Positions 1-10,672 are shown, numbered from the stretch's first letter. The stretch: 64,000 bases of DNA from an uncultured Candidatus Entotheonella sp. (GCA_965215335.1 CBDCDA010000001.1:608001-672000), one strand, 5' to 3'. A program made the numbers and translations. Notes: generated by a model not told the origin, from the sequence alone.

Positions 1-55
1 TCTGTCCGACCTGCTCGAAGGTTCCCTCAGCCATGACCAGATAAGCCGCTTTCTA

Positions 56-898
56 GGCTCAGGACCTATAAAAGGGCATCATTGGTCATGTAGGATTCAA
101 GACCCTGACTTCATAAGGAGGTTCATCATGCCCGATCACTGCTTCTGGCTATCCGACGTGCAGTTTGCCCGCCTGAAACCCCTGCTACCCAACAAGGTGC
201 GGGGGGTCCCACGCGTCGATGACCGAAAAGTCATCAGCGGCATCATCCACGTCATTCGATACGGTCTGATGTGGCGCCACGCGCCCGCCTGCTACGGTCC
301 CCACAAGACGCTCTACAACCGCTTCGTGCGCTGGAGCAAGGCCGGTGTCTTCGACCGCATCTTCCAAACCTTGGCCGCCGACAGCACGGCCACCGAGACC
401 GTCATGATCGACAGCACGCATCTCAAGGCGCATCGCACCGCTGCCAGCCTGCTTGAGGGGGGGCTTTTCCGCGTCATATCGGGCGTACCCGAGGCGGCCT
501 CAACTCGAAACTTCACGCCGTCTGCGACGGCGACGGCAAGCCCGTCGTCATGGTGTTGACTGCGGGCCAGGTCAGCGACTATCGCGGGGCAGACATGGCG
601 CTGCCCGCATTGCCGGAGGCCGACGTGCTGATTGCCGACAAGGGTTATGACAGCAACCGGCTGCGCAAGGCGCTTGCCGAGCGCAAGATCAAGCCCTGTA
701 TTCCAGGCCGTGCCAATCGTAAAGAGCCGATTGTCTACGACACGGAGCTTTACAAGAGCCGTAATCTCATCGAGCGCCTGTTCGGTCGTCTCAAGGATTG
801 GCGTCGCATCGCCACGCGCTATGACCGGTGTGCGCACACCTTTTTCAGTGCCATCTGCCTTGCTGCCACGGTCATCTTCTGGATATGAGTCCTGAACC
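56..898 (+). mobile_element. IS5-family (IS427-group-like) insertion sequence
   Basis: Terminal inverted repeats GGCTCAGGAC / GTCCTGAACC; TA duplicated at 54-55 and 899-900 in a CTAG target. Confidence 0.9.
128..888 (+). CDS. IS5-family transposase in two ORFs joined by a -1 frameshift
   Basis: ORF-A has PRVDDR, YGPHKTLYNRFVRW and IDST; the -1 frame from 457 gives IGRTRGGLNSKLH...ADKGYD...RNLIERLFGRLKDWRRIATRYD. The junction is a G7 run at 457-463. Confidence 0.88.
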
Positions 899-1869
899 TA
901 GCCCAAGAAGACTTTGACTCCAAGACCCTCTGGCAACTCGTCAAGCCCATGGTGCGTGAGATTGAAGACGCCGGAGGCGTCCTCATCTTCGACGACACCA
1001 TTGAGGAAAAGCCCTATACGGACGAAAACGAACTCATCGCCTGGCACTTCGACCACAGCAAGAACCGCACCGTCAAAGGCATCAACCTGCTTAACTGTGT
1101 CTATCACGCCCAAGGCACCACCCTGCCCGTGGCCTGTGAACTCATCGGCAAACCCATCGTCTACCGTGATGCGAAAACGGGAACCTTGAAGCGCAAAAGC
1201 AACCGCTCGAAGTTGGTTTTCAGCCAAAGACAACCTGAACTTCATTCGCCAGGGCTTGGGCAAGCATTTCGTCATCGCCCTGAAATCCAACCGTACGGTG
1301 GCCTTGAGCTACGAGGCCAAACGCCAAGGAAACTTCTCACGCCTAGATGCGCTGAACTTGCCGGAACGCCAAGCGGTAAGCGGCTACTTGAGGGGACTGG
1401 ACTTTGCGGTTCTCCTCGTCCGCCAAGTCTTTACAAACAAAGACGGCAGCCGCGGGGTTTTGTATCTGGCTTGCAGCGACCTCGAGCAGGACGCAGAAGG
1501 CATCGTCACAATCTACCAGAAACGGTGGAACGTGGAGACGTATCACAAGACGCTCAAGAGCCATGCGTCGCTAGCCAAGTCGCCGACCCGAACGGTACGG
1601 ACGCAGAGCAATCATTGTTTTCTGGCGATTTATGCTGCGTGTCGCCTGACATGGCTCAGTGTGCAACATCGGCTCAATCACGTGGCCTTACGAACCCGGC
1701 TCTATCTCAAGGCGGTGCGTCATGCCTTTGATGAACTCCAACTCCTCAAGGCCGCGTAACATCACTTAACAAAGCCCGAGCGTGCCGTGACGCCCTCACA
1801 TGCCGAGTACGACAGCAGCGACCGTTTCTACATACCCAATCCAGGCTGTACGTTTAGGAGATAAGGATT

Positions 1870-2509
1870 ATGTACACCCCGGAAAGCTTCAACATTTCCG
1901 ACCTGCAAACCATGCATGCAGACATGGAACGGTGGAATTTTTGCAACCCTCGTCACGCCGGATGCAGAGGGCGAATTGCAGGCCACGCATCTCCCCTTGT
2001 TGCTCAAACGTGACGCCGGACGACTCGGCATGCTGGCTGGCCACATGGCAAAAGCAAATACGCACTGGAAGGCATTCAACATGTCTCGAGAAAGCCTGGT
2101 CGTCTTCCATGGCCCTCACGCCTACATTTCTCCGCGGTGGTACAGCACCGATGAAGCCGTTCCCACGTGGAACTACGTGGTGGTGCACGCTTTCGGCATG
2201 CCACGCGTTCTGCAAGAGGCAGAAGGCATGGAGGCTCATTTGAGGCAACTTATTCGCTATCATGAAGGAACGGGGCCGGAATCCTGGCGTCCCGAAAAGC
2301 TCTCGCAAGAAACCTATACGGCGCTGCTAAAGGCGATTGTATGCTTTGAAATGCCAATCTTGCGGATTGAGGGGAAGGCGAAACTCGGGCAGAATCGGTC
2401 ACGTCGTGACATTGTGGGTCTTGTGGGGGGTCTGCAAGGGACGGACAGAGCGGCTGACCATGAATTGGCGAAGATTACGCAGAGCCGTGTCCTTGAGACA
2501 TCTGAATAG
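1870..2509 (+). CDS. paiB: PaiB-family FMN-binding split-barrel protein (one apparent frameshift)
   Basis: ATG 1870 after AGGAG gives MYTPESF...WNF; one extra T in the T5 run at ~1938-1942 shifts to FATLVT...GHMAKAN...GPHAYISPRWY...VPTWNY...KLGQNR. Confidence 0.8.
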
Positions 2510-2574
2510 GGGTTCCTACCAGGTCGTTTGGATTGGCACATTGAGTCTCCTGGTCTCATGTACAGTAGGACCGT

Positions 2575-2795
2575 ACAGACATCGCCGTGCTGCCAGCCAT
2601 GCCGCCTTTTTCCCTCCCTACGTGCGGCCTGGTATGACTCTCCTGGATTGTGGTTGTGGTCCGGGCACCATCACGCTTGATTTCGCCGCCCTCGTCGCAC
2701 CGGCTGAGGCGATCGGCGTCGACATTGAGACAAGCCGACTCCAGTTGGCCCGGACGCGGGCCGCAGATCGAGAGAACCGGCGCGGCGCGGCATGA
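2575..2795 (+). pseudogene. Class I SAM-dependent methyltransferase N-terminal fragment
   Basis: PGMTLLDCGCGPGTITLD...GVDI (motif I), then truncation after ~70 aa. Confidence 0.65.
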
Positions 2796-2860
2796 TGCGA
2801 CGGCGCGTCAACAACCCTGGCGGCACATCCCGCCCCTGAAACCCCGAAAGAGGTGATCCC

Positions 2861-4132
2861 ATGCAACTGACCGGTGTTCCACGCGCCTCCACGTTTCCCC
2901 GCATGCTGCGGGTCAAGCAGCAATTCGGCGGCCCGCAACTCCCCGACGTGGCCGCTTCCGTTCAAGAAACCCTTGCCAACTTGGCGCTGCCCGTCGAGCC
3001 GGGGCAATCCGTGGCCCTGACTGTCGGCAGCCGCGGCGTCGTGAATATCGACGCCATCGTGCGGGCGACGGTCCGACACTTGCAGTCGCTCGGCGCCGAG
3101 CCGTTCATCATTCCCGCCATGGGCAGCCACGGCGGCGGCACCGCCGAGGGGCAGGCCGCCGTTCTGGCGCACTACGGCGTCACCGAGGGGGCCATGGGCT
3201 GCCCCGTCAAATCGACAATGGACGTGGTGCAGGTCGGCGAGGTTCTCGGCCTGCCAATCTGGTTGGATCGCTACGCTGCCGAGGCGGACTGGATCGGCGT
3301 AATCAACCGGGTGAAGCCGCACACCGGCTTTACGGGCGAGATCGGTTCAGGACTGTTCAAGATGATGACCATCGGCATGGGCAAGCATCGCGGCGCGGTC
3401 CAGGCGCACCGCGCCAACATCCGGCTGGGCTATGAAACCATGATCACCGAACTGGGCCGCGAGATGCTGACACGCGCCCGCCTCGCCTTCGGGCTCGGCA
3501 TCGTCGAAAACGGCTACGACGAGACCGCCCTCGTCCGCGCCTTCCTGCCGGGCGACGTTGAAGCGGGCGAACGCGAACTGCTGCGTCAGGCCAAGGCATG
3601 GATGGCCAAACTGCCGTTCGATCCCGTCGACCTGCTGATCGTCGACGAAATGGGCAAGGACATCTCCGGATCGGGGATGGATACCAACGTCATCGGCCGG
3701 CATACGACGTTCTTCGAGCGCCCGTTCACCAGTCCCAAGATCACCTTCATCGTCGTGTGCGGCCTGACACCGAACAGCTACGGCAACGCCACCGGCATCG
3801 GCAACGCCGACTTCACCACCCGCCAACTGGCCGATGCGGTCGACTGGGAGCCTACCTACATCAACAATCTGACCGCCTGCTCGCCGGGCGGCGGCAAGCT
3901 GCCGCCGGTTCTGGACACGGCGCAGGAGGCCATCGGCGTGGCGCTGGCCTGCCTCGGCCTGGACCGCATCGAAGATGCCCGGGTCGTACGCATCAAGAAC
4001 ACCCTGCACCTGACCGAAGTGGACGTGTCGGAAGCCCTCCTGCCGGAAGTCTCGAAGCGGGACGACCTGATACCGGCCGGTGAGGCGGAACCGCTGGCGT
4101 TCGCGGCGGACGGCAGCCTGTTGCCATTCTGA
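2861..4132 (+). CDS. Lactate racemase (LarA/DUF2088) domain-containing protein
   Basis: 423 aa; VGSRG, PAMGSHGG, INRVKPHT and GKDISGSGMDTN motifs; RBS GAGG. Confidence 0.75.
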   Translation: MQLTGVPRASTFPRMLRVKQQFGGPQLPDVAASVQETLANLALPVEPGQSVALTVGSRGVVNIDAIVRATVRHLQSLGAEPFIIPAMGSHGGGTAEGQAAVLAHYGVTEGAMGCPVKSTMDVVQVGEVLGLPIWLDRYAAEADWIGVINRVKPHTGFTGEIGSGLFKMMTIGMGKHRGAVQAHRANIRLGYETMITELGREMLTRARLAFGLGIVENGYDETALVRAFLPGDVEAGERELLRQAKAWMAKLPFDPVDLLIVDEMGKDISGSGMDTNVIGRHTTFFERPFTSPKITFIVVCGLTPNSYGNATGIGNADFTTRQLADAVDWEPTYINNLTACSPGGGKLPPVLDTAQEAIGVALACLGLDRIEDARVVRIKNTLHLTEVDVSEALLPEVSKRDDLIPAGEAEPLAFAADGSLLPF

Positions 4133-4195
4133 GGCAAGATTTGGAAAGCGTTTCTACCCCGTCGTCCTTCGCATCGTCCGCGGTCCCGCATCGAC

Positions 4196-5059
4196 TCACG
4201 TGAACAGCCGATCGCGCGTAATCACCAACTCGGGCATCCGCGCATGGTGGCTGTTTTTCATCATGACGACCGCCGCATGGAAGTCGTGGGCACGAACCAA
4301 CGAGACGATTTCATCCGAGCAATCGTAGGTCATCAGGAAGTCGGCGCGGCTTGAGGCCATCAACTCGAACAGCTTGACGTGATCGACTGTGTGGTGCGCA
4401 TAGAGCCGCGACCCGGCACGCTTGCCGCCCGCCGTATAGGGCGGATCAATATAAAAACACGCATCCGCACGATGAATGGCTACATCTTCGAGCAGGCGCA
4501 CCCCGTCGGCCTCACAGAAGGTGACGCGCTCCGCGCAGGCCGAAATTGCGGCGAGGCGCTTTCCGAGTGTCTCGGGATACCAGCGCGACGCAACCCCGTT
4601 GCCATTCTCGCCGTTCTTCGTCAATGTCGCCCCTGGCGCCAGCACGCCGCCGCGCCGGGTGCGGTTGAGCACCAGGGTGCGGAAGCCGTGCTCGACCACG
4701 TCACGCGGCGCTTGGCGCGCCAGGTCTCCGATCCGGTCACGGCTTGGTGTGAAGTGTCGAACCCGCTGGGCGAGGTCGGGACCGTGGCACAGCGCCGCTC
4801 GCCAGAAGGCCGCGATGTCGCGGTCGAGATCGACCATGAGCGCCCGTTCAACCAGATGTTCCATGACGGCCGTGAGCGACACGATACCGCCGCCGGCGAA
4901 TGGCTCGACGATCAGCGGATGCGGCGGCGTGCGGCTCAGCCACGCCCGGATGTGTGGAACCAGCCACGTCTTGCCGCCCGGATAGCGCAGCGGACTGCGC
5001 TGCGGCACCGTGGCGACGTTGACGGCAGGGATGGCCGAAGCGGGAAACGGAATCATCAT
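4196..5059 (-). CDS. Dam-like (D12 class) N6-adenine DNA methyltransferase, orphan
   Basis: SPLRYPGGK, EPFAGGG (SAM binding) and catalytic DPPY; no adjacent endonuclease. Confidence 0.88.
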   Translation of the reverse strand: MMIPFPASAIPAVNVATVPQRSPLRYPGGKTWLVPHIRAWLSRTPPHPLIVEPFAGGGIVSLTAVMEHLVERALMVDLDRDIAAFWRAALCHGPDLAQRVRHFTPSRDRIGDLARQAPRDVVEHGFRTLVLNRTRRGGVLAPGATLTKNGENGNGVASRWYPETLGKRLAAISACAERVTFCEADGVRLLEDVAIHRADACFYIDPPYTAGGKRAGSRLYAHHTVDHVKLFELMASSRADFLMTYDCSDEIVSLVRAHDFHAAVVMMKNSHHARMPELVITRDRLFT

Positions 5060-5086
5060 GCTGGTCCCCCTTTACGGAGGCGGTCG

Positions 5087-5114
5087 AAAGTCGTCATGGT
5101 CCCATGACGACTTT
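5087..5114. repeat. Perfect 13-bp inverted repeat upstream of the Dam-like MTase
   Basis: AAAGTCGTCATGG-TC-CCATGACGACTTT. Confidence 0.85.
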
Positions 5115-5151
5115 ACGGACAATAACACGGAAGGTTACCAGTCAAGCCCGT

Positions 5152-8124
5152 TCACCAAGCGAGCGGCCGCTGCCAGGCCACCTTCAGATCGTCGATGCGG
5201 CTGGCGATGACGACCTCTCCCCCGAGGCCCGTGACCGCAAACTCGGGGCCGTCGTGCACCGTGCCGATTTCGCCGCATGAGCCGGCGGGCATCCTGTCTC
5301 GGAACGCCTCGCCGTGAGCGGCTGGCACGGTCACCACGAAGCGGCTCGCCGTTTCCGAAAACAGCAGGGTATCGTCACGGGTGACGTCGGCCGCGCGTAA
5401 CATGGCGCGCAGGTCGAGGCGCATGCCCAGGCCGCCCGCAAAGGCCATTTCGGCAGCGGCGACGGCGAATCCGCCGTCCGAACAGTCGTGGCAGGCGTTC
5501 ACCAGGCCGCGCTGCACGGCGTCGGCCAGCGCCTCGTAGAGGGCATGGGCATGCTGCGGGTCAACGCGCGGCACGCGGTTGCCGACGGCGCCGTGCATGG
5601 CGTAGTACTCCGAGCCACCCAGTTCGTCCCGCGTCTCCCCTACCCCGAACACCAGATCGCCGGGCCTCTTGGCGTCCATCGTCACGGCCCGCCGCACATC
5701 CGGCATGCGAGCGATGACGGAGAACAGCAGCGTCGGCGGCACGGAGATTTTGACGTCGCCGACGTGGTAGTCGTTCTTCATGCTGTCCTTGCCGGAAATG
5801 CACGGCACCCCGTAAGCCGTGCAGCAGTCGTAGAGCGCCTGATTGGCGCGCACCAGTTGCGCCAGCTTGTAAGGGCCGTCCGGGGTACCGGGGCTGAGCA
5901 CCGGGTCGGGCCAGCAGAAATTGTCCAGACCGGCGACGTGCCCCAGTCGCCCGCCCACGGCGATGACGTTGCGGATGGCTTCATCAATGGCGTTGGCGGC
6001 CATGTGATAGGTGTCGATGTCGCTGTAGCGCGGGCAGATGCCGTTGGCCACGATGACTCCTTCCATCGAGTCCAGCAGCGGGCGCAGGACGGCGGCATCA
6101 CTGGGGCCGTCGTTTTGCGCACCGACGAGCGGCTTGACGACGCTGGTGCCCTGTACCTCGTGATCGTACTGGCGGATGACCCATTCCTTGCTACAGATAT
6201 TGAGGCGGCCCAGCAGTTGCAACAGCGAAGGCGTCAGATCGGCGGGACAGGCAAACGTCGGCTCGGCAAAACGGGAGGGTTGCCAGCGGGCCGGGAGGCG
6301 CATTTCCGGCAGGCCGTCGTGCAGAAACGCCATTTCCAGCAGGGCAACGGTAGCGCCGTCGTAGCGCACGTGAAACAGGCCCGTATCGGCGAACGTGCCC
6401 AGCACCGTGGCCTCCACCTCGCGCCGCGTCGCCAGCGCCAGAAACGCTTCGAGCCGTGCCGGCGGCACGGCGAGGGTCATGCGTTCCTGGGATTCCGAAA
6501 CCAGAATCTCCCAGGGATCGAGGCCCGGATATTTCAGCGGCGCGCGCTCCAGATGCAGCTCGCAGCCGTTGCTGAAGCGGGCCATTTCGCCCACCGAGGA
6601 GGACAGGCCGCCGGCGCCATTGTCGGTGATGCAGCGATACAACTGGCGGTCGCGCGCTTCGAGCAGCATGTCGAACAGGTTCTTCTGCGTAATGGCGTCG
6701 CCGATCTGCACGGCTGAGGCCGGCGACGCCTCGTCCAGCTCAACGGACGAAAACGTCGCGCCGTGGATGCCGTCCTTGCCGATGCGGCCGCCGACCATCA
6801 CCACGTAATCCCCGGCACGGGCCTCCTTGAGGTGCGCCGGCTCGCCGCCGATGCGGGCCGGCATCAGCCCGCCGGTGCCGCAGAAGACCAGGGGTTTGCC
6901 GGAAAAACGCGCGTCGAAAACCACCGCGCCGTTGACGTCGGGAATGCCGCTCTGATTGGCGCCGTCCTTGATGCCGCGCTGCACGCCCTCGAAGATGCGC
7001 CTGGGGTGCAACAGCCGCCCCGGCAAGGGCTGCGAAGAGTCAGGGGGTGCGAAGCACAGAACATCCGTGTTGAACAGCAGCCGGCAGCCCATGCCCGTGC
7101 CAAACGGGTCCCGATTGACGCCCAGGATACCGGTGATCGCCCCGCCATACGGGTCCAAGGCAGACGGCGTGTTATGGGTCTCCACCTTCATCGCCAGGTT
7201 CCACTCGTCGTTGAAGGCAATGACCCCGGCGTTGTCGTGGAACACCGAGCGCAGCCAGTCAACCCGCTGGCCGATTTCCTCGGTGGCGCGTACGATGTAG
7301 CTCTTGAAGAGGCTGCGGATCGTGGTGCACGCCCCGTGCTCGTCTTGATAGTCGATGGTGCTCTGGAAAATCTTGTGCTTGCAGTGCTCCGACCAGGTTT
7401 GCGCCAGCGCTTCGAGCTCGACGTCCGTAGGCGCGGGGCCGAGGCCGCAGGCTTGCCGCCGAGCGCGGCGCTGCGGATCGTGAAAGTACGACTGGATGGC
7501 CTTCATCTCGGCCAGATTCAGGGCCAGCAACCTCTCCTGACCGAGGCGCAGCAGGGCGCCGTCGTCGAGGTCCAGGGACAGGGAGGCGACGCGCGGCGGG
7601 CGGTCGGCGCCGGCGACCGGCGGCGGCAGGAATGCTTCGGGACCGTCCCGCCAATCGGTCGCTGTCGTGATGCGCCACTGATGCACCAGAGGGTTGGCGA
7701 GAAAATCCCGCACCACGCGTTCGACATCGTCACGCTGCAGGTCACCCTCAAACAGGTAGAGCGACGAGGTATAGACCTCGCCCGCCAGCGGGCGGGCGAG
7801 CATGTCCTGCAGGGCCCGCGACGCCGTTCGCCCGACGTTGTCCGTCACCCCGGGCAGCATGGCGACCTGCACGACCCACCGGCACGGCACCGGGGGCCGC
7901 CGGTCCCAGCGCGATTCCTCGACCACGGCGTCGGTGAAGAGCGCTCGCCGGGCGGGTTCCAACTCGGCAACGGGGTGCGGCGAACGAATGGTGTACAGGG
8001 CCGCCGTTCTCACCTGCTCGACGGCAAGGTGCGCGTCCTCCCGCAGGCTGCGCAACAGGGTCTCGCCGCGCACGTCCCGCATCTGCGGGCGCGGGCTGAC
8101 AACCAGAATCGTCACATTCTGCAA
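5152..8124 (-). CDS. purL: Phosphoribosylformylglycinamidine synthase PurL with an N-terminal PurS-like extension
   Basis: QTWSEHCKH, KVETHNTPS, DNGAGGLS, SESQERM, ISGKDS; 990 aa; no glutaminase domain. Confidence 0.95.
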   Translation of the reverse strand: MQNVTILVVSPRPQMRDVRGETLLRSLREDAHLAVEQVRTAALYTIRSPHPVAELEPARRALFTDAVVEESRWDRRPPVPCRWVVQVAMLPGVTDNVGRTASRALQDMLARPLAGEVYTSSLYLFEGDLQRDDVERVVRDFLANPLVHQWRITTATDWRDGPEAFLPPPVAGADRPPRVASLSLDLDDGALLRLGQERLLALNLAEMKAIQSYFHDPQRRARRQACGLGPAPTDVELEALAQTWSEHCKHKIFQSTIDYQDEHGACTTIRSLFKSYIVRATEEIGQRVDWLRSVFHDNAGVIAFNDEWNLAMKVETHNTPSALDPYGGAITGILGVNRDPFGTGMGCRLLFNTDVLCFAPPDSSQPLPGRLLHPRRIFEGVQRGIKDGANQSGIPDVNGAVVFDARFSGKPLVFCGTGGLMPARIGGEPAHLKEARAGDYVVMVGGRIGKDGIHGATFSSVELDEASPASAVQIGDAITQKNLFDMLLEARDRQLYRCITDNGAGGLSSSVGEMARFSNGCELHLERAPLKYPGLDPWEILVSESQERMTLAVPPARLEAFLALATRREVEATVLGTFADTGLFHVRYDGATVALLEMAFLHDGLPEMRLPARWQPSRFAEPTFACPADLTPSLLQLLGRLNICSKEWVIRQYDHEVQGTSVVKPLVGAQNDGPSDAAVLRPLLDSMEGVIVANGICPRYSDIDTYHMAANAIDEAIRNVIAVGGRLGHVAGLDNFCWPDPVLSPGTPDGPYKLAQLVRANQALYDCCTAYGVPCISGKDSMKNDYHVGDVKISVPPTLLFSVIARMPDVRRAVTMDAKRPGDLVFGVGETRDELGGSEYYAMHGAVGNRVPRVDPQHAHALYEALADAVQRGLVNACHDCSDGGFAVAAAEMAFAGGLGMRLDLRAMLRAADVTRDDTLLFSETASRFVVTVPAAHGEAFRDRMPAGSCGEIGTVHDGPEFAVTGLGGEVVIASRIDDLKVAWQRPLAW

Positions 8125-8176
8125 GGTTCCCTCGCAGTGCGTTCCGGCCTAGCCCGAATTTTTATCGAACCAGACG

Positions 8177-9901
8177 TCATGATGACGGATCTCGATACTT
8201 CTTCGCTGCCCGCACAAAGGCCAGGAAGAGCGGGTGTGGACGCAGGGGCCGGGAGAGCAGTTCGGGGTGAAATTGGGTGGCGACGAAAAACGGATGGACT
8301 GGATAATCGAAAATCTGCATGACCCGCCGATCCGGGGTCATGCCGCAGAAGACGACACCGCATTTCTCAAACGCCGCCTTGTAGTCGTTGTTGAGCTCGT
8401 AGCGGTGCCGGAACCGTTCACGAACCGTGCCGTGTCCGTAAATGGCCTGCACCCGGCTTCCTGGCAGCAGCGTGACGTCATGACCGCCCAGACGCTGCGT
8501 ACCCCCAAGGTCGCGCACTTGTTGCTGCTCCGGCAACAGGCAGATCAACGGCTCCGGCGTGTGGGGATCGAACTCGGTGCTGGCGGCCTTTTCCACGCCG
8601 CACACCGAGCGCGCAAACTCGATGGCCGCCAACTGGAAACCGAGACACAGGCCCAGGTACGGCACCTGGCGCTCGCGGGCGTGGCGGATGCAGCGGATCA
8701 TGCCCTCCGTGCCGCGTACCCCGTAGCCGCCGGGCACCAGGATGCCGTGCACGTCGTGCAGGTTCTCCCGCAGCACCGCCGGCGCGGCGGTGTCGAAATC
8801 CGTGGTGTCCAGGAATCGCACGTCGATATGCACGCCCTCCGCCGGTTCCGTGTGCTCCAGAGCGTTGATGATGCTGAGGTACGAATCCTTCATGGTGGAA
8901 TACTTGCCGGTCATGGCGATGGTCAGCGGCGGGTTCTTGCGGCGGGCATGGCGCACGAACGGCGCAAAGGGCACCTGCTTCTCGCCCTCAGCGGGGTACG
9001 GCATATTCAACCGCAACCGGCTGATGGTCGTTTCCGCAAGATGCTGCTCCTGGAAGAGCGCCGGCAAGGTGTAGACGCTTTCCGTATCGGGACTGCTGAT
9101 GACGTGATCGATGGGCACGTTGCCGTGCAGGCTGATCTTCTCGCGCACCTTGCGCTGCAGATCGTGCTTCGACCGGCACACGATGACGTCCGGCTGCACG
9201 CCCATCTCCAGCAGCTTCTTGATGCTGTGCTGGGTCGGCTTGCTCTTCTGCTCGCCGGTGGCCTCCGACCACGGCACCATGGTGACGTGGATGTACATGA
9301 CGTTGTCGCGCCCTTCGTCACGGATCAACTCGCGGGCAGCTTCGATGAAGTGCACGTTCTCGATGTCACCAACGGTGCCGCCGATTTCCACCAGGACCAT
9401 GTCGTAAGGTCCTTCCTGGGCTTTCTGGCGCATGAGGTATTTGATCTCGCCGGTGACGTGGGGCACGATCTGCACGTCCCGGCCGAGGTACTCGCCGCGC
9501 CGCTCCTTGGCCAGGATACGGGCGTAGATCTTGCCGGAGGTCATGTAATTGTGGCGGTTCAGGGTGGTGTCGAGGAAGCGCTCATAGGTGCCGAGGTCGA
9601 GGTCGCACTCGGTGCCGTCATCCAGCACAAAGGTTTCCCCGTGGCGATAAGGATTGAGGGTGCCGGCGTCGACGTTGAGATAGCCGTCGATCTTCATCGT
9701 GGTCACGCTGAAGCCCAACTGTTGCAGCAGATGCGACAGCGAGGCGGTGCACACGCCCTTGCCGACACCGGACATGACCCCTCCGGTGACGACGATGAAT
9801 TTGGTACGGCCAATGCGGTAATGAGGTGGGAAAAAATCGAGGGATTCCGAGTCGTCCGAGCGGGTGCCAATTTCCTCGCGTTCAAAGTCGTTCATGGGCA
9901 T
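8177..9901 (-). CDS. pyrG: CTP synthase
   Basis: VTGGVMSGVGKG, DLDLGTYERF, KSKPTQHS, GLCLGFQ, RHRYE, QFHPE. Confidence 0.97.
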   Translation of the reverse strand: MPMNDFEREEIGTRSDDSESLDFFPPHYRIGRTKFIVVTGGVMSGVGKGVCTASLSHLLQQLGFSVTTMKIDGYLNVDAGTLNPYRHGETFVLDDGTECDLDLGTYERFLDTTLNRHNYMTSGKIYARILAKERRGEYLGRDVQIVPHVTGEIKYLMRQKAQEGPYDMVLVEIGGTVGDIENVHFIEAARELIRDEGRDNVMYIHVTMVPWSEATGEQKSKPTQHSIKKLLEMGVQPDVIVCRSKHDLQRKVREKISLHGNVPIDHVISSPDTESVYTLPALFQEQHLAETTISRLRLNMPYPAEGEKQVPFAPFVRHARRKNPPLTIAMTGKYSTMKDSYLSIINALEHTEPAEGVHIDVRFLDTTDFDTAAPAVLRENLHDVHGILVPGGYGVRGTEGMIRCIRHARERQVPYLGLCLGFQLAAIEFARSVCGVEKAASTEFDPHTPEPLICLLPEQQQVRDLGGTQRLGGHDVTLLPGSRVQAIYGHGTVRERFRHRYELNNDYKAAFEKCGVVFCGMTPDRRVMQIFDYPVHPFFVATQFHPELLSRPLRPHPLFLAFVRAAKKYRDPSS

Positions 9902-10023
9902 TTCCTCGTCGAGGATGAGGGCTGCCGGGCGCCATCACAGGACCCACAAGGCTCGTTATTGCAACCTGTATCGACAACTCTCATGGTGACACTCGGCAAT
10001 CGGGACTTCAAGAAAATACGGGT

Positions 10024-10647
10024 TCAGTCCTCGGCCGGCAGGACGCGCACCCGTCGCCCTGCGAGGCGCAACCGGCCATCGGCGAATAACTGAATAGCCC
10101 GCGGGTAAGCCTCACACTCGGCGGCAAAGACGCGCGTCGCCAGGGATGGCACCGTGTCGTCATCGAGCACCGGCACGGCGGTTTGCAAAATGATGGGGCC
10201 GTGGTCGTACCGGGAATCGGCAAAATGGACCGTGCAGCCGCTTACCTTCACCCCCGCATCGAGCACCGCCTGGTGCACCCGGTCGCCGTAAAACCCTTTG
10301 CCGCCGAACGACGGCAGCAATGCGGGGTGGATGTTCATCACCCGCCCGGCCAGTTTCGGCGGCGGCCGGTAGAGCGACAGAAAACCCGCCAGCGCCACCA
10401 GACCGACATCGTACGGCACCAGCACCGCATTGAGCGCCGCGTTGAAAGCTTCCAAGTCGGGATAATCCCGCCGCGACACCGCCACAGCGTCCAGGCCGTG
10501 CGCCTTGGCGCGCACCAGGCCGTACGCCTCCGGCTTGCTGCTGATGACCACGGCAATGTCCGCGTGCAGGCGGCCCGCCACGATCTTCTGCTGCAGATTG
10601 TCCAGACTTCGACCTGTTCCGGAGAGCAACACCGCGATTCGAAGCAT
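10024..10647 (-). CDS. purN: Phosphoribosylglycinamide formyltransferase
   Basis: MLRIAVLLSGTG, NIHPALLPSFGG, GCTVHF, YDHGPII. Confidence 0.95.
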   Translation of the reverse strand: MLRIAVLLSGTGRSLDNLQQKIVAGRLHADIAVVISSKPEAYGLVRAKAHGLDAVAVSRRDYPDLEAFNAALNAVLVPYDVGLVALAGFLSLYRPPPKLAGRVMNIHPALLPSFGGKGFYGDRVHQAVLDAGVKVSGCTVHFADSRYDHGPIILQTAVPVLDDDTVPSLATRVFAAECEAYPRAIQLFADGRLRLAGRRVRVLPAED

Positions 10648-10672
10648 GTTCCACTGCCCGCTTCGGATGCCG

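Larger units (their letters stand above)
1..1815 (+). mobile_element. IS701-like DDE transposase remnant, interrupted by an IS5-family element and internally deleted
   Basis: Removing 56-900 restores one frame: LSDLLEGSLSHDQISRFL|AQEDFDSKTLWQLVKPMVRE...LIFDDT. A deletion/frameshift near 1205 precedes SWFSAKDN...YQKRWNVETYHKTLK (stop 1759). The right end at ~1815 is tentative. Confidence 0.75.
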
